A stretch of DNA of 64,000 nt from positions 2,908 through 66,907 of the forward strand of contig CAZRRN010000008.1 of the NCBI GenBank assembly GCA_964602475.1, read 5' to 3'. The notes beneath the pieces are model-generated. The model had not been told where the DNA came from and did no database searches. It saw nothing but the letters and a program-made list of their open reading frames with translations. Position numbers and translations under genes: made by a program. This document shows positions 18,333 to 27,974 of this stretch, piece after piece. This stretch comes from an uncultured Lachnospiraceae bacterium (GTDB lineage: Bacteria; Bacillota; Clostridia; Lachnospirales; Lachnospiraceae). Position 1 is the stretch's first letter. Every line of letters starts with the position of its first letter.

Positions 18333-21125
18333 ATGAAAAAGAAATCCGGTATATTCCTGATTTTATTCTGTCTGCTTCTTTTTCTGGTACCGAGTGGAGT
18401 GCAGCAAGGTTCTGCAGTCGGCGATGGCACTGTAATCCGAGTAGGCTTATATCCCTTGGGAAGATATCATTATTATGACGAAAACGGAACTCCTGCAGGG
18501 TATGAGGTGGAATACCTAAGCAGGATAGCAGAGGAAACCGGATGGAGCTATGAGTATGTTTTTCTTGAAAGCTGGAGCCTTGGAGAAGAACTGTTAATGA
18601 ACGGAGAGCTGGACCTGCTTTCTCCGGCAGAAATGACTCGTGAACGGGTCAATGATTTTTTATTTACCGACAGTGCACTGGGTGGAAGTTATATGATTAT
18701 CTGCACTACAGATTCAGGTATGCGATATGAGGATATTACTGCAATTTCAAAGATGCGTATCGCTACTGAAAAAGGCACTTCTCTTGTGGAACGTTACAGA
18801 ATATGGGCAGAAATGCAGGGTATTCCATATAATCTGATTGAATATGACAGTTACGAACTGGCTTCGGCTGCTTTGAAGCGCGGGGACGTGGATGCGCTGC
18901 TTCGAAGCAGCTTTGAATACACAGACGGACTCAATGTGGTTGCACGGATCAGCTATAGTGAGTATTATTTTATGATGAATGCTCAAAATGTCGATTTAAA
19001 GAATGAACTGGATGAAGCGGTTACCGCGCTTCAGATTGCGAATCCGCTTTTCCGTATTGAACTGACAGATGAATATTTTCAGGATATTAATAAGGATCCG
19101 ATAACAGTTGCCGAACAGACAATGATAGAAGAACTTGATCCGATTTGTATAGCTGTACCGGTTGACCGCAGACCGATGGCTTATTTGGATTCCACAGGAA
19201 AGGTAACCGGTATAGCGATAGAGATTCTGGAAAAGATTGCAGAAAACACAGGCTTACGTTTTCAATACATTCCGTATGCAAACGGAGCAGCGACCGCTAA
19301 CGCGCTGCTGAGCGGTGAATGCAGCCTAAAAATCCCGGCGGGACTTCCGGCGACACTGGCTTATGGACTGGAGGGATTAGTTCAAAGTGAAGTCTTGATG
19401 GACTTTGCTTTATCGGTAGTTTCTGTAAACGGAGCAGATCCCACGGGAAAGGACAGCTGGACAGTGGCGGTTACGGAAGATTCTGTCGGCATGGGTGACG
19501 TAATCGAAAAGACTTACGGAAACTGCGAGGTTTACAGATATTCAGACTGGAATGCAGCCTGTGATGCACTTCTTAAGGGTGAAGTAGATGCAGTGGCAGT
19601 AAATAATGCCGCAGCCAGCTATCAGCTTCAGAAGCCAAGGTACGAGAAAATCTGTCTGGTATCGTCGGTTTCTATCTCCACTCCGATTTGTGTCGGCGGA
19701 TTTGACGAATCAAGAGAGATAATCAAAATTATTAATAAAAGCATGAAACAGCTTGACAGCGGAATGATACAGAATATCATTACCAAGTACACCAGTATCC
19801 ATGATTATGAGTATAGAACAGCGGATTATCTTTATAAGTATAAAGGTATAATAATTACGTTGGCAGCAGTTCTTATTCTGATTCTTATACTTCTGTTAAT
19901 CTACCGCAATAATCGAAAAAAGTACGAAGCAGCATTGCTTAAAAATAACCGTGACCTAGAGGAAGCAACCTGTGCAAAGGAACGGTTTTTCTCCCATTTA
20001 AGCCACGACATTCGCACACCTATGAACGGAATCCTGGGAACCGTAGAGATTACGCGTGGCTGTGGTCGCTGTTCTGAATATGAAACTGCACTGGAGGACA
20101 TCAAAAGTGCAGGTGATTTTATGATGATGCTCCTAAATGATGTTCTCGATATCAGTAAAATCAACAACAACAATTATGAACTTTGCCCGGAGTTTTACCC
20201 ATTCCCGGAATTTGAGAAAACAATCCATTCCGTAATGGAACCAAGGGCGAAGGAAAAGAACATTACATTTTTGATCAGCTGTTCGTTTACGGAAAATATG
20301 CAGGCGAAGCTGGACAGAATCCGTATCCAGCAGATTTTTATCAATCTTCTTGGTAATGCAGTTAAATTTACACCGAATGGTGGGAAGGTTGAGCTGTTAA
20401 TTAATCATCAGGTAATCAGAGACGGAATCTGGAATCTTGAGTTGACGGTCAGGGACAACGGCTGCGGAATGAGTGAGGAATTTGTCCGTACACGACTTTT
20501 TAAGGAATTTGAACAGGAGCGCAATGACAATAACCGTGAGAGCGGGACGGGACTCGGAATGTTCATTGTCAAAAAGCTGATTGATAAAATGGGAGGGAGT
20601 ATTGACTGCAGCAGTGTTCCGGGAGAGGGAACCGTGCTTCATGTTCTGCTTTCAGAGGTGGAGGTACAGCCGTATAGCGGAAAAACAGATTCAAATACAG
20701 AACTTCCTGCTTATACCGGACTGGTCGGTAAACGGATTCTTCTGTGTGAGGATCAGCCGCTGAATACTAAGGTTGCAAAGAAACTGCTGGAAAGAGAAGG
20801 GATGATTGTGGAAACTGCTGAGAACGGACAGATCGGAACAGAGATGGTTGCAGCAGCAGAACCCTACCGGTACGATGCGATTTTAATGGATCTGCGTATG
20901 CCGGTTATGGATGGGTTTCGTGCTTCGGAGGTAATTCGTGGGATGAATCGTGAAGACGCAAAAACAATTCCGATTATTGCCATGAGTGCGAATACTTCGG
21001 AGGAAGATGTCAGCGCGAGTTTTCAGGCAGGAATGAATGCACACTTGTCTAAACCGATCGAACCTGATAAACTATATCATACCTTGAATTATGTTACACA
21101 GCAAAAGCAACCACAACAAAAGTAA
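18333..21125 (+). CDS. hybrid sensor histidine kinase with two tandem periplasmic SBP (family 3) domains, HisKA-HATPase and C-terminal REC
   Basis: Signal/TM segment (IFLILFCLLLFLV); two PBPb-like modules; a TM helix (IIITLAAVLILILILLLIY); H-box FFSHLSHDIRTPMNGILG; G-box GTGLGMFIVKKLIDKMGG; REC (ILLCEDQPLN...MDLRMPVMDGF). The start is ATG 18333 (MKKKSG). Confidence 0.9.
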   Translation: MKKKSGIFLILFCLLLFLVPSGVQQGSAVGDGTVIRVGLYPLGRYHYYDENGTPAGYEVEYLSRIAEETGWSYEYVFLESWSLGEELLMNGELDLLSPAEMTRERVNDFLFTDSALGGSYMIICTTDSGMRYEDITAISKMRIATEKGTSLVERYRIWAEMQGIPYNLIEYDSYELASAALKRGDVDALLRSSFEYTDGLNVVARISYSEYYFMMNAQNVDLKNELDEAVTALQIANPLFRIELTDEYFQDINKDPITVAEQTMIEELDPICIAVPVDRRPMAYLDSTGKVTGIAIEILEKIAENTGLRFQYIPYANGAATANALLSGECSLKIPAGLPATLAYGLEGLVQSEVLMDFALSVVSVNGADPTGKDSWTVAVTEDSVGMGDVIEKTYGNCEVYRYSDWNAACDALLKGEVDAVAVNNAAASYQLQKPRYEKICLVSSVSISTPICVGGFDESREIIKIINKSMKQLDSGMIQNIITKYTSIHDYEYRTADYLYKYKGIIITLAAVLILILILLLIYRNNRKKYEAALLKNNRDLEEATCAKERFFSHLSHDIRTPMNGILGTVEITRGCGRCSEYETALEDIKSAGDFMMMLLNDVLDISKINNNNYELCPEFYPFPEFEKTIHSVMEPRAKEKNITFLISCSFTENMQAKLDRIRIQQIFINLLGNAVKFTPNGGKVELLINHQVIRDGIWNLELTVRDNGCGMSEEFVRTRLFKEFEQERNDNNRESGTGLGMFIVKKLIDKMGGSIDCSSVPGEGTVLHVLLSEVEVQPYSGKTDSNTELPAYTGLVGKRILLCEDQPLNTKVAKKLLEREGMIVETAENGQIGTEMVAAAEPYRYDAILMDLRMPVMDGFRASEVIRGMNREDAKTIPIIAMSANTSEEDVSASFQAGMNAHLSKPIEPDKLYHTLNYVTQQKQPQQK

Positions 21126-21156
21126 CCACAGGAAGGAAAAATCAGAAGTGAGCGCT

Positions 21157-23766
21157 ATGAATAGAAAGAGAAGGAAGCTGCACTGCCGTGCGGTACCGGC
21201 GGTATTACTTGCCGCTGTACTGATGGCGGGCAGTCTTTTTGTACAACCGCTGCAGCCTGTAAAAGCAAAGACAGTCGAATATGAGGTTCTGTCGCATACG
21301 ATGGCGACGGAGGAGGAGTTTAATGTGGTAAGTAATCTATATATTCCGCGGGTTTTAAATGATCAGTCTGAGTCCGTAAAAAAGGTTTCCTACGGTTCTT
21401 ATCATAAGACAATGCAGTTTCAGATGCAGCAGTGGTATAACAGCTCCGGATGCAAACTGGATATTACAGATGCGGTAGAGATGATAAAAAGCCAGACAGC
21501 AGATGCTGTAGATACGGTTTATGTCGGCATTTCCGCAGAAATCAGTGCACGAAGCAGCGAAGGAGGTTTCGGTTTTCTGTATGACGAAGATATCTCGCTC
21601 CCGGCTGTCACGCTGACATCGGCATATACCACGCAGACAGTGGAGCTACCGCTCTCAGAACTCGTCAGTCAGGGTTACGAAACGCTTTATATGGGCATCT
21701 ATGCCAATGACCCAAGTGTCTATTTCAGAAATGTCCGGGTGTATTATTATATTGGGGAACGGGAGCAGCCGGTTGAGCTTACTCTGTCAGATTCACCTGC
21801 CGGTGCAAAAAAGCTGATATTACAGGATCTTGGAAAGGACGCACCGGCAAGAACGAAATTCTACAGTCCATATATGCAGGGTGCAATAACAACCGAAGAA
21901 GACTGTATCCGGTATGAGGCAGATGGAGAAGATGAGCGAAACGGAATCCGGATGAATGTGACCAGCTTTATTGCAGACCAGACGAGCGGCTGCACATTCG
22001 GAGCGTCCATTCGGATAAAGGTCGAGAACTGGTCCGACCCGGAAAATGCCGACAACAAGGCATTGATGTTCTTTGAGGTCACCGCGGAGGACGGAACAGT
22101 AAAAAGCCGTGTGATTCTCGGCTCCTACGAACCGAATAATTCGCTCACTAATCTGACAAATGATACGAACGAAATCGGTGAGGACTGGTCATCAAAGCTC
22201 TTAATGGGACAGTCAAGGCTCGAATTCGGTGAAAGCGATACAGTTTATCTCTGTATTATCCAGAAAAATTCAGTACAATACTATGACGAAACCTGTCTGT
22301 GGTGCTATGAAGATAACAAGCTGTCTGCAGAAGACATTTCCGTATCTCTTCCTTTTTATGACGAAGAGAACGAAATGATTCTTTTTGACATTGCAAACCT
22401 CACTGCCGGGGATACGGAGCTGACGATTCTTGTCCATTCCTATACAGATGATGAAAGCATAACGGCAGAATTCGGTGCAGCATCAGAGCCTGCAGGCAGG
22501 ACACTTTCCAAAATCGCTTCATATCGGCTACTGCTTCCTGCGGGTACCGATAAAGAACAGATTTCCATACCGGCAGCTTTGGGTGATGAAATAAGCTGTT
22601 ATACAGCCGACGGAAGCTGTTATCTCGAACCCTATGCGGTTAATGCGAAGCAGTGGATTGCTACCTGGGGAAGCTCACAGCTGACAGCCTCCGGAGATAC
22701 TTTTCCGCCGTCTCCGGGACTGGAAGGTAACACTTACCGCCAGGCAGTTCGTGTTTCGGTTGGCGGTGATTTCTTAAGACTGACATTTTCAAATGAATAC
22801 GGCGAGAAGCCGCTCGAAATTAAAGCTGTACATATTGCACAGCTGCGGAATGCAGGTCTGTCTGAGATTGATACCGCGACAGATACAATCGTAACGTTCG
22901 GTGGAAACACTGCCATAACAATACCTGCCGGAGAAACCGTTCAGTCGGATCTGACTGCCTTTTCCTTTGCATCGCTGGAGCAGATTGCAGTTACAACGGA
23001 ATTTGGTGTGGTACCGGTTTCGATTACCAGCCATACCGCTTCGCGGTCAACAAACTGGCTGCTGGAAGGAAGCCATGTAACCGACACGGACATGACAGGA
23101 GCAGCAACAGCAACCAGCTGGTATTTCTTAAGCGAGCTTGAGGTTCTTGCAGACGCATCCAGTCGAGTGGTGGTATGCTTCGGTGACTCCATCACTGACG
23201 GCTACGGTTCTGTAACTGACCGGTTCTCACGATGGACCGACAAGCTGGCAGAAGCGCTGCAGTCAAATGAAGCAACACAGGAGATTGCCGTTGTGAACCG
23301 TGGAATCGGCGGGAATTCAATCTGGGGCGGCAACGGACCGTCCGGTGTGAAACGTTTTGAACGGGATGTGCTGAATACTGCGGGAGCCGCTTACTGCATT
23401 TTCCTGATTGGAGTTAACGATATCGGTTATGCAAGCAGCGATACTTCGGCAAGTATCATCGCACAGCTGACGGCTTGGGTGAAGCAGTGCCATGAGAATG
23501 GAATTCTTGCCTACGGCGGAACCATACTTCCATTTGAAGGGAATTCCTATTATACAGAGCTGCATGACGACATTCGGAAAAAAGTCAACAGCTGGATGCT
23601 GTCAGAGGATTCACCCTTTGACGAGGTGATTGATTTTGCGGGAGCGATTGCAAATCCTGAGAACAGCTCGAAAATGCTTGCAGTATATGCTAACGATTAT
23701 CTGCATCCGAATGTTGCGGGCTATGAATTCATGGGAAATATGATTGATCTGTCATTGTTTGAATAA
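21157..23766 (+). CDS. large secreted SGNH/GDSL-family hydrolase with ~560-aa N-terminal region of unknown beta-rich modules
   Basis: Signal peptide (MNRKRRKLHCRAVPAVLLAAVLMAGSLFV). The C-terminal SGNH blocks are GDSITDG (block I), GIGGNS (II), GVND (III) and DYLHPN (V). The start is ATG 21157; the track ORF start overlaps the kinase gene's end. Confidence 0.85.
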   Translation: MNRKRRKLHCRAVPAVLLAAVLMAGSLFVQPLQPVKAKTVEYEVLSHTMATEEEFNVVSNLYIPRVLNDQSESVKKVSYGSYHKTMQFQMQQWYNSSGCKLDITDAVEMIKSQTADAVDTVYVGISAEISARSSEGGFGFLYDEDISLPAVTLTSAYTTQTVELPLSELVSQGYETLYMGIYANDPSVYFRNVRVYYYIGEREQPVELTLSDSPAGAKKLILQDLGKDAPARTKFYSPYMQGAITTEEDCIRYEADGEDERNGIRMNVTSFIADQTSGCTFGASIRIKVENWSDPENADNKALMFFEVTAEDGTVKSRVILGSYEPNNSLTNLTNDTNEIGEDWSSKLLMGQSRLEFGESDTVYLCIIQKNSVQYYDETCLWCYEDNKLSAEDISVSLPFYDEENEMILFDIANLTAGDTELTILVHSYTDDESITAEFGAASEPAGRTLSKIASYRLLLPAGTDKEQISIPAALGDEISCYTADGSCYLEPYAVNAKQWIATWGSSQLTASGDTFPPSPGLEGNTYRQAVRVSVGGDFLRLTFSNEYGEKPLEIKAVHIAQLRNAGLSEIDTATDTIVTFGGNTAITIPAGETVQSDLTAFSFASLEQIAVTTEFGVVPVSITSHTASRSTNWLLEGSHVTDTDMTGAATATSWYFLSELEVLADASSRVVVCFGDSITDGYGSVTDRFSRWTDKLAEALQSNEATQEIAVVNRGIGGNSIWGGNGPSGVKRFERDVLNTAGAAYCIFLIGVNDIGYASSDTSASIIAQLTAWVKQCHENGILAYGGTILPFEGNSYYTELHDDIRKKVNSWMLSEDSPFDEVIDFAGAIANPENSSKMLAVYANDYLHPNVAGYEFMGNMIDLSLFE

Positions 23767-23882
23767 GCAGAGTAATCGAAAAAGACACAGGACGAAATAC
23801 AGTGATTTATTAACAGACTGCAGCGGCACATTACATCGAAAGATTAAGCTGTGCTGAAGAACGCGAGAAATGAGGATAGATT

Positions 23883-24692
23883 ATGTTTTACAGGATAGGG
23901 AAAAGAGTAGTGAGCCTGGCTGCTATGCTGGTTCTTGTGATCGGACTTGCTGCATGCGGCGGGGTACAGCCGGCCGCAGAGCCGACGGGAACTGCGCAGC
24001 CGACAAGGGATGCAGAAGCTGCAGCGACAGAAGCAGCCGTAACACCGGTTCCGACTATGGATACAGAGCCGGATAAGGATACTAAGCCGACAGAAGAGCC
24101 GGCAGAGGGTCGGTCGGAGACGATAATTGCAGTCAGAGAAGGAAGAGTAACATTTTCCTCCGACCAGAGCTTTGTAAGCTTTCTGAGGGTTACCTTTGAG
24201 CTGCCCGAAGCGGTATCACCACAGGATATCACTGCTGTGTACTTTGTTACCGACAGTGAAACCCCGCTCAGTCTGAGACTGTATGCCGGAGAGGGTACAG
24301 TGGAGAAGAGCGACCGGTATGAGCTTACCCATAGAACAGTAATCATGGAGAGCTTGCCGGAATCTACGGAAACCGTTATCATAGGCGGAGTGGATGTGAC
24401 AAAAGAAAATTATACAATTACGGCAAATGTGATTGCGGATACACGGCTTGAGATAAAAGCCGGGAATGGACAGAAGGTCAGCTTTATTGTGGATGAACAT
24501 GCGGCAGAGATCCTTCAGGGATTCACCGGGAATACCTTTGTGCTTGGAATATATGATAATCATTCAGAACCGGTATTTACAATCTCGGATTTGTACTTTA
24601 CAACCGACTCAGGAGAATATAAAATAGCTCTTGATGAGAGCAGCTGTTCGTCTGCCATCGGCGGAGCCGTAACATTCGAGCTTGAGCCCTGA
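23883..24692 (+). CDS. hypothetical lipoprotein with Pro/Thr/Glu-rich linker and beta-rich domain
   Basis: Lipobox VIGLAAC|GG. A low-complexity linker is followed by a domain whose end (LGIYDNHSEPVFTISDLYF) resembles a motif in the upstream SGNH protein (MGIYANDPSVYFRNVRVYY). Confidence 0.75.
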   Translation: MFYRIGKRVVSLAAMLVLVIGLAACGGVQPAAEPTGTAQPTRDAEAAATEAAVTPVPTMDTEPDKDTKPTEEPAEGRSETIIAVREGRVTFSSDQSFVSFLRVTFELPEAVSPQDITAVYFVTDSETPLSLRLYAGEGTVEKSDRYELTHRTVIMESLPESTETVIIGGVDVTKENYTITANVIADTRLEIKAGNGQKVSFIVDEHAAEILQGFTGNTFVLGIYDNHSEPVFTISDLYFTTDSGEYKIALDESSCSSAIGGAVTFELEP

Positions 24693-24718
24693 GAAAGAAT
24701 TATTAAAGGAGCAAAATT

Positions 24719-25705
24719 ATGGCAATCAGAATTGGTATATTAGGCTACGGCAATCTTGGACGAGGTGTAGAGGCGGCAATCCGGCATAATCCGGATATGG
24801 AGCTTGCGGCAGTGATTACACGCAGAAACCCTGCATCGGTACATATCTTAACAGAAACCGCAACGGTATATGAGGCAACGGAACTCGCGAAACTGAAGGG
24901 AAATATTGATGTGCTGATTCTTTGCGGCGGAAGTGCGACTGACCTGCCGGAACAGACCAAAAAGGCAGCAAAGCTGTTCAATGTAATTGACAGCTTTGAT
25001 ACCCATGCAAGAATTCCGGAGCATTTTGCAGAGGTTGATGCAGCAGCAAAGGCTGCCGGGACGACAGCGATGATCTCGGTTGGCTGGGATCCGGGAATGT
25101 TCTCCCTGAACCGGCTGTACGCAGAAAGTATTCTGACCGACGGAAAGGATTACACTTTCTGGGGTAAGGGTGTAAGTCAGGGTCATTCGGATGCAATCAG
25201 AAGGATTGCAGGAGTAAAGGATGGAAAACAATATACTATTCCTGTGGAAAGCGCGTTAGAGCGCATTCGAAACGGAGAACAGCCGGAGCTTACTGCAAGA
25301 GAAAAGCATATAAGAGAATGCTTTGTAGTTGCCGAAGAGGGCGCAGATCTTGTGCGAATCGAGGCTGAAATCAAAAATATGCCGAATTATTTTGCGGACT
25401 ATGATACAACGGTGCATTTCATCACCGAAGAGGAGATGAAACGCAGTCACAGCGGACTGATGCATGGCGGGTTTGTAATCCGTTCCGGAAATACCGGTTG
25501 GGAGAATGAGCACAGACAGACAATCGAGTATCGTCTGAAGCTTGATTCGAATCCGGAATTCACGGCCAGTGTTCTGATTGCTTATGCGCGTGCTGTCTAT
25601 CGTATGAATGGGGAAGGAATGACCGGCTGTAAGACAGTGTTTGACGTGCCGCCGGCATATCTGAGTACATTAAGCGGAGAAGAACTGAGAGCACATCTGC
25701 TGTGA
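24719..25705 (+). CDS. ddh: meso-diaminopimelate D-dehydrogenase
   Basis: The N-terminal Rossmann motif IGILGYGNLGRG, a length of ~328 aa and overall similarity to Ddh proteins (VGWDPGMFS, WGKGVSQGHSDA). Confidence 0.9.
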   Translation: MAIRIGILGYGNLGRGVEAAIRHNPDMELAAVITRRNPASVHILTETATVYEATELAKLKGNIDVLILCGGSATDLPEQTKKAAKLFNVIDSFDTHARIPEHFAEVDAAAKAAGTTAMISVGWDPGMFSLNRLYAESILTDGKDYTFWGKGVSQGHSDAIRRIAGVKDGKQYTIPVESALERIRNGEQPELTAREKHIRECFVVAEEGADLVRIEAEIKNMPNYFADYDTTVHFITEEEMKRSHSGLMHGGFVIRSGNTGWENEHRQTIEYRLKLDSNPEFTASVLIAYARAVYRMNGEGMTGCKTVFDVPPAYLSTLSGEELRAHLL

Positions 25706-25762
25706 GTAAATCTAACCTAAAGATATTTCTGGCATACAGAGAGGAACTAAAGTATATTTGCT

Positions 25763-27085
25763 ATGAAACAGATGTCAATGTTTGAAATGGAATCACCGGC
25801 GACAACGCTGATGGCACCGCTTGCGAGCCGGCTGCGTCCGGAGAAGCTGGACGAATATGTGGGACAGACACATCTGCTCGGAGAGGGAAAGCTTCTGCGT
25901 CAGATGATTGAGAAGGATCAGATCAGTTCGATGATCTTTTGGGGCCCGCCCGGAGTCGGAAAAACGACACTGGCCAGAATTATTGCGAATCACACAAAAT
26001 CAACCTTTGTCAATACCAGTGCAGCAACCAGTGGAATTAAGGATGTTATGAAGCTGGTAGAGGAAGAACGTCGCCCAGGATCACGGACAATTGTGTTTGT
26101 AGATGAGATTCACCGTTTTAATAAGGCACAGCAGGATGCATTTCTTCCCCATGTCGAAAAAGGAAGTATCATTCTGATCGGAGCCACGACGGAAAATCCG
26201 TCCTTTGAAGTAAATTCCGCGCTTCTGTCCCGGTGCAAGGTATTTGTTCTGCAGGCACTGACCAAAGAAGACATTATGAGACTTCTGAAGCGTGCACTGA
26301 CCAGCCCGAAGGGTTTTGTCTCCATGCAGGTTAAAATCGACGAGGACAGCCTTGCGCTGATTGCAGCCTTTGCTGACGGAGATGCAAGAACCGCATTAAA
26401 TACACTGGAAATGTCAGTTCTGAACGGGGATCTTAATGAGAACGGGGATCTGACTGTTAAAAAAGAAAAGATTGAACAGTGTATCGGAAAGAAAGCTCTG
26501 CTGTACGATAAGGACGGGGAAGAGCACTATAACCTGATTTCGGCACTTCATAAATCCATGCGGAACAGTGATCCTGATGCGGCGGTCTACTGGCTGGCAC
26601 GAATGCTGGAAGCAGGAGAGAATCCGCTGTATGTTGCAAGAAGGATGGTACGGTTTGCCAGTGAGGACATCGGAATGGCTGACAGTAATGCTCTTCAGGT
26701 AGCGGTTGCGGCATATCAGGCTTGTCATTTTAACGGAATGCCGGAATGCAATGTCAATCTGACCCATGCTGTAGTATATCTCTCTATGGCGCCGAAATCC
26801 AATGCCATAGAGACTGCTTATTACCGGGCGCGTGTCGATGCGCAGAATATGCTGTCTGAACCGGTACCGCTTCAAATACGCAACGCGCCGACCGGATTGA
26901 TGAAGGAACTGCATTACGGTGAGGGCTACCGCTATGCACATGATTATGAAGAGAAGCTCACGGATATGAAATGCCTGCCGGAATCAATCGCCGACCATGT
27001 TTACTATACTCCGACCATTCAGGGACAGGAAGCGGCGGTTGCAAAACGGCTGGAGGAAATAAAGAGCTTTAAGGGAATAAAATAG
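25763..27085 (+). CDS. rarA: replication-associated recombination protein A (AAA+ ATPase RarA/MgsA)
   Basis: Walker A FWGPPGVGKTTLA, Walker B VFVDEIHRFNK and the MgsA C-terminal helical domain (HYNLISALHKSMRNSDPDAAVYWLARM). The exact start is uncertain because the RBS is weak. Confidence 0.9.
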   Translation: MKQMSMFEMESPATTLMAPLASRLRPEKLDEYVGQTHLLGEGKLLRQMIEKDQISSMIFWGPPGVGKTTLARIIANHTKSTFVNTSAATSGIKDVMKLVEEERRPGSRTIVFVDEIHRFNKAQQDAFLPHVEKGSIILIGATTENPSFEVNSALLSRCKVFVLQALTKEDIMRLLKRALTSPKGFVSMQVKIDEDSLALIAAFADGDARTALNTLEMSVLNGDLNENGDLTVKKEKIEQCIGKKALLYDKDGEEHYNLISALHKSMRNSDPDAAVYWLARMLEAGENPLYVARRMVRFASEDIGMADSNALQVAVAAYQACHFNGMPECNVNLTHAVVYLSMAPKSNAIETAYYRARVDAQNMLSEPVPLQIRNAPTGLMKELHYGEGYRYAHDYEEKLTDMKCLPESIADHVYYTPTIQGQEAAVAKRLEEIKSFKGIK

Positions 27086-27132
27086 TATCCTAAAGTCTAT
27101 ATAAATGCGGTAAGTGCAGAAAGAAGGAAGAC

Positions 27133-27951
27133 ATGATAGAATTACCGGAAGCCATTGTTCTGGCGGATCAACTGAAAGGTACTTTAACCGGAAAGCAGAT
27201 TACCTGTGCGACAGCAGACAGCTCTCATCATAAGTTTACCTGGTACAACGGCAATCCGGAGGACTATTCGGAGCTGCTGGAGGGTAGGACAATTGAGGAT
27301 GCGGTTTCTTACGGCGGAAAGGTGCACATCAAAATGAACGGGGAGGTTGGGCTGGCATTCAGCGACGGTGCAACTCTTTCCTACTTTGAACCCGGAGCAG
27401 CAGTACCGGATAAGCATCAGTTTCTGCTAGAATTTGATGATGGTTCGGCATTGGTGGTTACTGTTCGCATGTATGGTGGGATTTTTTCTTATATCGGAGA
27501 AATGGACAATGAGTATGACCGAATCGCAAGAGAAGCACCGGATGTCTTTACGGACAGCTTCAGCTTTGATTATTTTATGAGTCTTCGTCCGGAGAAGAAA
27601 AAGCTGTCAGTTAAGGGGTTCCTTGCTACCGAACAACGGATTCCTGGACTTGGAAACGGAGTCGCTCAGGACATTATGCTGGAAGCGGGACTGCATCCGA
27701 AGCGGGACATTTCCACACTGAGTGAAGAAGAGTTTCACCGGCTTTATCAGGTGATTCCGGATCTTCTTTGGAAAATGACAGAGGAAGGCGGTCGCGATAC
27801 CGAAAAGGATCTTTTCGGAAGAAACGGCGGTTATCTTACGCAGATGAGCAAGAATACTTATGGCGGTCCCTGCCTGAACTGCGGAACCTATATTCAAAAG
27901 GAGGCCTTTTTGGGCGGCGTGATCTATTTCTGCCCGAACTGCCAGAAATAA
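27133..27951 (+). CDS. Fpg/Nei (H2TH) family DNA glycosylase-like protein lacking the N-terminal catalytic proline
   Basis: The N-terminus is MIELPEA, whereas canonical family members have MPELPEV. H2TH-like segment IPGLGNGVAQDIMLEAGLHPKR. C-terminal CxxC-x16-CxxC zinc finger (CLNCGT...FCPNCQ). Confidence 0.75.
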   Translation: MIELPEAIVLADQLKGTLTGKQITCATADSSHHKFTWYNGNPEDYSELLEGRTIEDAVSYGGKVHIKMNGEVGLAFSDGATLSYFEPGAAVPDKHQFLLEFDDGSALVVTVRMYGGIFSYIGEMDNEYDRIAREAPDVFTDSFSFDYFMSLRPEKKKLSVKGFLATEQRIPGLGNGVAQDIMLEAGLHPKRDISTLSEEEFHRLYQVIPDLLWKMTEEGGRDTEKDLFGRNGGYLTQMSKNTYGGPCLNCGTYIQKEAFLGGVIYFCPNCQK

Positions 27952-27974
27952 AGCGAATTACCGGAGGAAATCGG

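Noticed and set aside
27768-27974. The long upstream extension of the TIM-barrel ORF, overlapping the Fpg/Nei-like gene. There are analogous extensions at 21091-21156, 18228-18332, 10090-10167 and 6869-6928.
   Set aside because: The extensions overlap the 3' ends of the preceding genes out of frame, encode Arg/Lys-rich nonsense and lack RBSs. In each case the internal ATG has a good RBS and a sensible N-terminus.
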